Source of the DNA: an uncultured Chloroflexia bacterium
Lineage (GTDB): Bacteria; Chloroflexota; Anaerolineae; Anaerolineales; Anaerolineaceae
DNA length: 64,000 bases
Reading direction: 5' to 3'
NCBI GenBank assembly: GCA_963804865.1
Contig: CAWDSH010000001.1
Location: forward strand, 466,977-530,976
How positions within the stretch are numbered: position 1 is the first letter of the stretch; every line of letters starts with the position of its first letter. The notes beneath the pieces are model-generated. The model saw only the letters and a list, made by a program, of their open reading frames with translations, was not told the origin of the DNA and did no database searches. Shown one piece after another: positions 11,525-18,170 of the stretch. The position numbers were made by a program, and so were the translations under genes.

Positions 11525-11934
11525 ATGATTTCTTTACCAGTCAAGCGTCTATAGTTCAGAAATAATACAAAATAAATTCTTCCGATAATTGTTAAAATAA
11601 AATTCACTCCAGGAAAAATCCAATCATATAATTTGCTTTTTTTATCAATTGAGATCAATGTTCCAATAATTTCGCTGGAGGAAATTGATGCATCCGAATA
11701 TTTTTGATTATCACCCTTGGAAAAATAACGATTTTCAAATTTTCCTATGATCCGGTGCAAAAGAAGTCCACCTGGTTTTTTTATCAATACGATATTGCCA
11801 ATATTATAGGTTTTTCGTTCCCGAAAATCGATCAACACCCAATCATTATGTTTCAATAGAGGTAACATGCTCTGCCCTACCACCTTAAACCGGGCGTGAT
11901 CAACCTTCACTTCGGGGCGTGATTGGGTTTTCAA
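11521..11934 (-). CDS. S26/S24-family serine peptidase (SipW/archaeal-type signal-peptidase fold) with no N-terminal TM segment and one C-terminal TM helix
   Basis: VVGQSMLPLL (Ser box), LLLHRIIG (His box) and FSKGDNQKYSDAS (GDN..D box). The C-terminal hydrophobic segment is WIFPGVNFILTIIGRIYFVLFLNY. Confidence 0.65.
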   Translation of the reverse strand: MKTQSRPEVKVDHARFKVVGQSMLPLLKHNDWVLIDFRERKTYNIGNIVLIKKPGGLLLHRIIGKFENRYFSKGDNQKYSDASISSSEIIGTLISIDKKSKLYDWIFPGVNFILTIIGRIYFVLFLNYRRLTGKEII

Positions 11935-11949
11935 ATTCAGGCCTTACAA

Positions 11950-14900
11950 CTAATTCTTAACAAATGGAAAGAAGATTTTATTATTCAGGGTGGCAGGGAT
12001 GCGCAATTGGGTCGCCGGATCACCAAATATCGTATACGAATTGATGATCGAGTAATCAATACCGCTCCCAAACAGATTTAGCTTGGCTCCAAGCACCGCA
12101 CTCCCTAGAGTGTTCCCATTCGTTTGGGTTATTTGATCGAAAAATCCTCGAAGAAGCCAATCATGTTGATCGCTGGTGCCAAAACCTGTAGGAGAAAATG
12201 CTGCCACTGCTCCACCAGCCTCTCTTTTAAGAAAATTCTCTGCCAGACTTATTGTTGCTGAGGTTTTGTCGGCATAGCTCCAATAGCCATCAAGACACGT
12301 AAGAGAAAAAATGACAGGCAACTCACCCAGGTTAGACAATGATGCAACATCGCTATTATAAAAGAAACGAGAGTTGTAACCCCATCCATTGACTCCGCCA
12401 TGACCATTATATAGAACTACAGAAACTCCGTTATTGATACCATTTATCAAGTCTTCTCTGGCTTCAGGACAAGCCGCACCAGAACTACAGGGATAATCGG
12501 GTAAATATATCTTTTGAAAATCCATCCCAAGCGAAGAATAATCCGCGAGAAAGGAATCCATTTCTGTTGTGAAATCGCCGGCCTCATCCGGGAAATAGGC
12601 AGAAGCGATCATCCGGTTTTGCCAGGGATAATCCACGGGGTTGATGGGAATATTTTCATACGAAATGATCTTGTCAATCACATCAGACAATTCCTCTGTT
12701 GTATTGACTGGGATGCGGCCAATCAATAGATCAGGAAGCGGGTCATCGCCATCTACTGCAGCAAGAAGGCTGGAGCTATCCACTTCGCCCTGGATTTCAT
12801 CCACCCACGCCAGGTTGGGTGGCATATAGATCGGCGAAGTTCCATATATATCAGGATTGTATCCTTTAAAATTCCAATGACCGTCGCCTATAAGAACAAT
12901 GTAGGTCGGAGCTGGTGAACGCCATTCATGATAAGCGTAATCCAGGAAAGCATGAATGGCCGCCGGGATTTCAATCCCGTAGCTGAACTGATTGTAGATA
13001 TCATCCAGGTGCACGATCTGGCCGCGCAACCCCTGACTTATCCGGTGGTCAACCAAGCGTTGAACCTGTGAATCGAAAATGGGATCACTGATGGCAACAA
13101 AATCTGCACCATTGAAATGCGAATGAAGATCTGCTCCGTTGTACAAGTCGATCTGGATTGGATTCAATATCTTCTCTTCCCCTGCCAGATAATACCTGGT
13201 ATCGAGGGTTGGTGAGGTTTGGAATGTGACTTTCCCAGAATCAATCACACCATTTTGGATTCTCTTGGGAAGCAAGGGATTTGTGATATCAAGTACAAAA
13301 ATGCCCGGTGAAACGAAATTTTCTACCTCGAATTCCAATTCACCGTCCTGCGGTGAGCGAAAATTCAATTCATCATTCAATGCTCTAAAGAGACGGTCGT
13401 ATTCAACTTCAAACCAGTTGAAGAGAATTGCATCCGAGCCTTGACCCACATCCGTTAGCACTTCAAACTTCAGATTGTTCGCTCCTGGAAGTAACGAAGA
13501 ATTGCTCACATTTCCTGAAAATTGGTGAGATATCTTCCCATCCCACGTTGAATCTTCAATCAATGTGCTTGTGTTGATCCAGAACCGTGTGTGGTGGTCC
13601 GGATTTACATTCGGATTATTAGCTTGAGCATTAACTTCTCCATAGATGGTGGCATCCCCTCCGCTGTTAGCAACATCAAATAACTCAACTGGAAATTCCA
13701 TTGAAATTGAACTACTTGTGGATAATTCATTCCAAAACCAAGTATCTTCAGAGTTAAAGTGGTAAGTTCGCCAACGCATGTTTTGTTCAGAGTGTGATAT
13801 TGACCGGAAATATGACGGAGGAGTCAGGCTATCATTGATCGGGTTCCCGTCGATTTCTTCCATAAATATTGCTTTACCATTAAAATCAATCCAATATACA
13901 TTTTCATCAGTATATTTTTCAACCATCGTGGCATTGAAGGTTGGTCTCCAACCGGTTGAATAATCGTTCCACCAGGTATCTTCCTGGTTAAATAATTCTG
14001 CTAAATGCTGCCCGTAAAGTTTTTGACCATAGAAGAGGAAGGCTTCCCCTGCTTCAAACAAACCATTCTCATTTTCGTCTTCCGGCAGGATGGCTACACT
14101 CTCTCCCTGACAAGAAAAACCGACTGAAGTATATGGGATGTCAGAATATGTGATTCCAGCTGTTGTCAGATCTTCAAATGTAACCCTGTATAGCCCATCT
14201 TGATTGACCTTCAACTTCACTTTTTCGATAAAGCTCTCAGACATCGCATTCACTTCGAAAGATTCTGAAGTGACATCACCAATCCGCCAATCTTTTGCAG
14301 CAGCATAATTAACCAGCTCCTGGGCAAGAGCCATATCAAATGGGGAATTCTCCAATTCCTTATGGTTTATTGACATCGATGCCACGTCATCAAAATCTAT
14401 TCGGATGCGAATAGTTCGATTCCAAAGCAATTCACCGGTTACAGGATTATATTGAAAAGGAAATACCTGCAGGTTGGCTATGCGATGTTGCCTAACAATT
14501 GAATCAGAACTGCCACTTACCAGCGCGTCTGGGAAAAACGCATTACGTTGATAAATGTTTTCGTCTTCAATCCTGGAATAATCAACTGCGGGAAATTCAT
14601 TTTGATAAGATATGATCTCGCTTTCAGATGGTAAAATCCTGAATTCTCCCGGCAATGAAACAAACTCACCGCTCGTTACTGATATTCGATAACCACCTGT
14701 CTGAGGTAGACCAAAAGATAGGCTTTTTACAGGCAACTCAGGGGAACCTGCCGATGAAAAAGTATTGGTACCCGGAATTGTTAATCGTTGATAGACAATT
14801 CCATCAATGTCCATTGATTCGAGCTCATAATTGGGAAAATGAAATTCAAGAGTAAAACCCGAACTGTCTGATTTCAATAATTCAAATAATCCGGAATCCT

Positions 14901-14985
14901 TATTATCAGATTGGGAATCAAAAGTTAGAGGAAAACACCCCAGTCCTAATATTAAGATCAGGCTAAATAGTAATCTCCAGGTCAT
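11950..14985 (-). CDS. Large secreted gingipain-like cysteine peptidase (C25 propeptide plus C25 catalytic domain)
   Basis: Start trimmed to MTWRLLFSLILILGLGC. The 15147 extension would overlap the upstream gene. Propeptide-like DIDGIVYQRLTIPG..AGSPELPV. Catalytic-domain block YIVLIGDGHWNF. His motif VVLYNGHGGVNGW and Cys motif IFSLTCLDGYW. Confidence 0.8.
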   Translation of the reverse strand: MTWRLLFSLILILGLGCFPLTFDSQSDNKDSGLFELLKSDSSGFTLEFHFPNYELESMDIDGIVYQRLTIPGTNTFSSAGSPELPVKSLSFGLPQTGGYRISVTSGEFVSLPGEFRILPSESEIISYQNEFPAVDYSRIEDENIYQRNAFFPDALVSGSSDSIVRQHRIANLQVFPFQYNPVTGELLWNRTIRIRIDFDDVASMSINHKELENSPFDMALAQELVNYAAAKDWRIGDVTSESFEVNAMSESFIEKVKLKVNQDGLYRVTFEDLTTAGITYSDIPYTSVGFSCQGESVAILPEDENENGLFEAGEAFLFYGQKLYGQHLAELFNQEDTWWNDYSTGWRPTFNATMVEKYTDENVYWIDFNGKAIFMEEIDGNPINDSLTPPSYFRSISHSEQNMRWRTYHFNSEDTWFWNELSTSSSISMEFPVELFDVANSGGDATIYGEVNAQANNPNVNPDHHTRFWINTSTLIEDSTWDGKISHQFSGNVSNSSLLPGANNLKFEVLTDVGQGSDAILFNWFEVEYDRLFRALNDELNFRSPQDGELEFEVENFVSPGIFVLDITNPLLPKRIQNGVIDSGKVTFQTSPTLDTRYYLAGEEKILNPIQIDLYNGADLHSHFNGADFVAISDPIFDSQVQRLVDHRISQGLRGQIVHLDDIYNQFSYGIEIPAAIHAFLDYAYHEWRSPAPTYIVLIGDGHWNFKGYNPDIYGTSPIYMPPNLAWVDEIQGEVDSSSLLAAVDGDDPLPDLLIGRIPVNTTEELSDVIDKIISYENIPINPVDYPWQNRMIASAYFPDEAGDFTTEMDSFLADYSSLGMDFQKIYLPDYPCSSGAACPEAREDLINGINNGVSVVLYNGHGGVNGWGYNSRFFYNSDVASLSNLGELPVIFSLTCLDGYWSYADKTSATISLAENFLKREAGGAVAAFSPTGFGTSDQHDWLLRGFFDQITQTNGNTLGSAVLGAKLNLFGSGIDYSIINSYTIFGDPATQLRIPATLNNKIFFPFVKN

Positions 14986-14995
14986 ATGAGCCCAG

Positions 14996-16420
14996 TTAGA
15001 TCTTTCGTTTGAAGAATTGACTGGCAAAAACAACAACGAGGAAGAAACCGAGAACAGGGAAGATGTATCGTTGACTTGGGGAAGACTGCGCAGTGAAATC
15101 AACCAGTGTAAGAGCAGTGGGATTCGTCCCCTCAAAACTACCGGCAACGAATGGAGTTCCCCCCAAATCCACGTATGTTAAGCCGGATATTTCGAGATCG
15201 TTTAAGCCGTAATGGTTAAGGGTTGCGCTTGGCAAAGTCGCAGCATTCACCATCGGCCAGCATGTTTTTAAAGTCGGCGAACTGGCACATAGATCGAATT
15301 GGGTGTCATTTGTTGGAGATGCTGGAATAAAGAATACATCCCTTTTTGCCCAAACTTCTTCATGACACGCAGTATCAAGGTCGACGGGCAAAACGATCGT
15401 ATAAGGATCACTGGAGGTCGCTTCAATCGTGAAGAAATCATAGTAATCCGAGCACATACTTGATACCCAGGGTTCAATCCCATTACCAAATGGAGCATTA
15501 CTGGGTGATCGACCAAAGGTCACAATCACGTTAATTCCATCTGAACCCCCTGTCAATTGCGCAATCCCAAGTGTTGCACCTAATGGAGCAATTCCTGCAT
15601 TCCAATCGACAATTTCTGCTCCCAACCTTGTATTCCACCAGGAATCACTCGGAGGGTCAACTTCATATGTTGGCATAGTGGCATCATCATACACACCCCA
15701 CCAATTATGGGATAAATTAAAAATCCCATAACTCTGAGCACGTAATGAATATGTAAAACCAATGAAATTATTGGCAAAAGCTAAAATAGAACCCTCTGCG
15801 TCATAATTGATTGGTGAAGCTGATGCAATGCCTGTTGAATTAAAAGTGTTGCCAACGATCAAAACATCTCCAATCCCACCATCATCAATAAGACCAATAT
15901 AACAGCCATCAATATTTGTATTTGTGATAGCCAGATTTCCATCCGGTTCTACGCCATCAGCAATCATGCGAATTGCAGATATATTATCATTAAGGCAAAC
16001 AATCGTTAAATCCCTGAAAGCAAAATCTCCCTCCATGATTTCAAAAATTGGAACTGTTGCATTAGTTCCCGTTGCTATTATTTGACCTTCACCATTTAGG
16101 CTGTCTATCGTCAGCGGATATTCACCAAGATAATTATCATCAATATCCTTTGGTCCACTTCGAATGGGAGTTGTCGAATTATCAATATAATTGGTGCCAA
16201 TAAAAGTCAACGTCGAAGCGGAGCTATCCACGAGATTATCGATAGCTGTAAAGATATCCGTATAACAGGGAATCAGAGATGGATTCGCATCACATGTTGC
16301 TTGATCTGGAGCTACATAAACATGATCGTAAATCTGCATCCTGGGAGCCGCAGATACATGTTGTGAAAATAATAAAAAGATAAAACAAGTGATGATTAAT
16401 ATTCTTATTGTAGTCTTCAT
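14996..16420 (-). CDS. Secreted right-handed beta-helix (pectate-lyase/NosD-like) repeat protein with a C-terminal TM anchor
   Basis: Start trimmed to MKTTIRILIITCFIFLLFSQHVSA (signal peptide) after an AAGGGG Shine-Dalgarno sequence. Repetitive I.N..I.G segments (LAITNTNIDGCYIGLIDDGGIGDVLIVGNTF). C-terminus YIFPVLGFFLVVVFASQFFKRKI. Confidence 0.6.
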   Translation of the reverse strand: MKTTIRILIITCFIFLLFSQHVSAAPRMQIYDHVYVAPDQATCDANPSLIPCYTDIFTAIDNLVDSSASTLTFIGTNYIDNSTTPIRSGPKDIDDNYLGEYPLTIDSLNGEGQIIATGTNATVPIFEIMEGDFAFRDLTIVCLNDNISAIRMIADGVEPDGNLAITNTNIDGCYIGLIDDGGIGDVLIVGNTFNSTGIASASPINYDAEGSILAFANNFIGFTYSLRAQSYGIFNLSHNWWGVYDDATMPTYEVDPPSDSWWNTRLGAEIVDWNAGIAPLGATLGIAQLTGGSDGINVIVTFGRSPSNAPFGNGIEPWVSSMCSDYYDFFTIEATSSDPYTIVLPVDLDTACHEEVWAKRDVFFIPASPTNDTQFDLCASSPTLKTCWPMVNAATLPSATLNHYGLNDLEISGLTYVDLGGTPFVAGSFEGTNPTALTLVDFTAQSSPSQRYIFPVLGFFLVVVFASQFFKRKI

Positions 16421-16435
16421 GCTTACCCCTTTGCC

Positions 16436-16475
16436 AAAAACAATCTGGGTCCGTCGTTCCTGACAAAACCCAGAG
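16436..16475 (-). terminator. Hairpin plus short T-run between the small ORF and the beta-helix gene (possible attenuator)
   Basis: On the minus strand, ctctgggt..(17-nt loop)..acccagat is followed by tgtttttgg. It lies about 35 nt after the small-ORF stop and about 16 nt before the next start. Confidence 0.3.
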
Positions 16476-16510
16476 AGCAAATCAACATTCTATTCAACGT
16501 AACTTTTTTA

Positions 16511-16684
16511 TCAAGGATTACTGTCATTATCCAATCCTAATGGATCCAATGGATCCACTCCCAAAGGTGAACCTAGAGGGACGGACCCGGCGCGAACTTC
16601 CAGGTCCATTTCGATCATGATCCTGGGAGTCTCATATTTCTTCTTTTTGTTATCAAGCTCATCCATATCGATACTTTTCATCAT
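16511..16684 (-). CDS. Untracked 57-aa ORF, a candidate leader-core precursor-like peptide
   Basis: My translation is MMKSIDMDELDNKKKKYETPRIMIEMDLEVRAGSVPLGSPLGVDPLDPLGLDNDSNP. It falls below the 60-aa cut-off of the ORF track. It fills an otherwise empty 290-nt gap and has its own promoter-like element. Whether it is coding is unproven. Confidence 0.45.
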   Translation of the reverse strand: MMKSIDMDELDNKKKKYETPRIMIEMDLEVRAGSVPLGSPLGVDPLDPLGLDNDSNP

Positions 16685-16707
16685 CAATAGTTTGGTGATT
16701 AAATTGG

Positions 16708-16736
16708 ACTATAGCATACTTCAATATCGGTTGCAA
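16708..16736 (-). promoter_or_regulatory. Sigma70-like promoter in front of the 57-aa ORF
   Basis: On the minus strand, TTGCAA-N17-TATAGT, with the -10 element about 24 nt upstream of the ATG at 16684. Confidence 0.4.
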
Positions 16737-16772
16737 GCAATCGTACTTTACTGTTGGTTTACAATAATCCCC

Positions 16773-18077
16773 TCAATTATTAGTAATAATTGACCAAAAA
16801 GTGTTATCTTTCCGAAAACCCAGCTCATATGAGCTGCAGGCATCGGCAATTTCCTCGCACCTCTTTATAACAAGTGGTAAAAGCGTTTTTTCAGAAGTCA
16901 ATACTGGAGTGTTGGCCAGTAATGCAGCTATTGCATAATTCTTCCCCATTTTCTTAATATTGACCTTTAGTGATTTATTAATTTGATAAATTCCTTTAAT
17001 CTTGGCTCCATTATTTTGAGGAATCTCCCTTGTTGGATTCCAGAAAGGTGTTGAAAAAGCGCTCCAGCTTCTTCCAATAGGTTTGGTTGCAACGAGGTCA
17101 TCACTCAATACTTGATCTCCAGCATCGATATATTTTGTAATCGTTGTTTTTCCACTCCCGGAATGACCCATGAAAATATAAGCTTTATCATTCCGCTTAA
17201 CCCCTGCAGAATGAAGCAATAATCCTCCTGATCGGAAGATGAGAATTGAGAAGATTATTCTCATTAATATCTCCAAATCTGCATTGCCTAAATCCTTATG
17301 GGCGATAATATCTCCGGTTTTTCTAGAAAAATCGATTTTTACTTTTATCTTTTTTGTTTGATAGTGCAATACTTTTATGTCATGTGAAATCAATAATGGA
17401 ATTTCAGAAAACTCATTTTGATTTGCATCTAAGATTCCAATGTGCAAATCAATTCGATCCGGGGTATCCAGAATAAAATTCTTGTATCTTTGGATCAAAT
17501 CAGAAAAATGATTTTCTTCATATAGAAATTCGAGGTTGCATCCACCGATGGAAAAGACCTTGCTTTCTTTTGTTTTTCGACCAATCTTCTGAAAATATCT
17601 TCTCCCAGCGTATATGAAGAAAAGCAGCATACAAATAATGCCTGGAAAAAATAAGTAACTGCTCCATGACATTGCTTTCACAGGCACAGGACCGAATAGG
17701 TTCCCCCTTGACCCTTCACTCCTGACTTCTTCTAAATAATATTGGTACTCACGACCATTAATTAGGTGATTGTCCGTAAATGTGTAGTTTTCCCCAGTAA
17801 ATGCACCTCCCCTTTTTTCAATGAACGTGATCAATTGTCTATTATGCTCTACTTCATCGAACCGGAAAATATTGAAACCGGTGATACCCACCTCGGATAC
17901 TGTTTCCCATTTCACTTCGACTATGGCATTATCGTTACATATCAGGGATAGAGATAGAAAAATAGTTCCAATGAGTAATACCAACCATTGGAGATAGGAT
18001 CTCAAAACTCTATTGAGCATAAAAAGATTATACACAATCACATCCCTGGATAATTCCAAGTAGCATATTACTTGCAT
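16773..18077 (-). CDS. Bitopic membrane protein: TM, extracytoplasmic FN3/Ig-like domain, TM, cytoplasmic HPr-kinase-C-like P-loop kinase domain
   Basis: P-loop block GGLLLHSAGVKRNDKAYIFMGHSGSGKTTITKYI..VLSDDLV, typical of HprK-C/HprK-related kinases. TM1 is WLVLLIGTIFLSLSLI and TM2 is YLFFPGIICMLLFFIYAG, followed by RRYFQKIGRK. An alternative start exists at 18020 (MLNRVL..). Confidence 0.7.
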   Translation of the reverse strand: MQVICYLELSRDVIVYNLFMLNRVLRSYLQWLVLLIGTIFLSLSLICNDNAIVEVKWETVSEVGITGFNIFRFDEVEHNRQLITFIEKRGGAFTGENYTFTDNHLINGREYQYYLEEVRSEGSRGNLFGPVPVKAMSWSSYLFFPGIICMLLFFIYAGRRYFQKIGRKTKESKVFSIGGCNLEFLYEENHFSDLIQRYKNFILDTPDRIDLHIGILDANQNEFSEIPLLISHDIKVLHYQTKKIKVKIDFSRKTGDIIAHKDLGNADLEILMRIIFSILIFRSGGLLLHSAGVKRNDKAYIFMGHSGSGKTTITKYIDAGDQVLSDDLVATKPIGRSWSAFSTPFWNPTREIPQNNGAKIKGIYQINKSLKVNIKKMGKNYAIAALLANTPVLTSEKTLLPLVIKRCEEIADACSSYELGFRKDNTFWSIITNN

Positions 18078-18104
18078 CCCCTTATTCCGGAGAAGATGTT
18101 CTTC

Positions 18105-18133
18105 TTGACAGAATATGACCTCTTCTCTAGAAT
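18105..18133 (+). promoter_or_regulatory. Near-consensus sigma70-like promoter of the EPS operon
   Basis: TTGACA-N17-TAGAAT, about 38 nt upstream of the ATG at 18171. Confidence 0.5.
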
Positions 18134-18170
18134 TTCATTAGCAAGTTTTGCATGAAGAATAGGTGTAAAC

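Noticed and set aside
14986-15147. Long N-terminal extensions proposed by the ORF track. Examples are 11950..15147, 14996..16480, 7039..8124, 29504.., 45892.., 49613..50839 and 30285..30953.
   Set aside because: The extensions overlap the upstream genes or lack signal-peptide logic. Internal Met codons give proper signal peptides or Shine-Dalgarno spacing and abut the upstream stops, so the starts were trimmed.
16540-16560. The direct DNA repeat tggatccaa/tggatccac and nearby short repeats, considered as a possible CRISPR array or tandem repeat.
   Set aside because: There are only two short copies. They are fully explained by the DPL-DPL codons of the 57-aa ORF, and there is no spacer/repeat periodicity.
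8196-18077. Calling the region a canonical lasso-peptide biosynthetic gene cluster.
   Set aside because: No Asn-synthetase-like cyclase (C) or transglutaminase-like protease (B2) is present. The candidate leader also lacks the conserved Thr at the penultimate leader position. Only the accessory components (RRE, kinase, nucleotidyltransferase) resemble lasso clusters.
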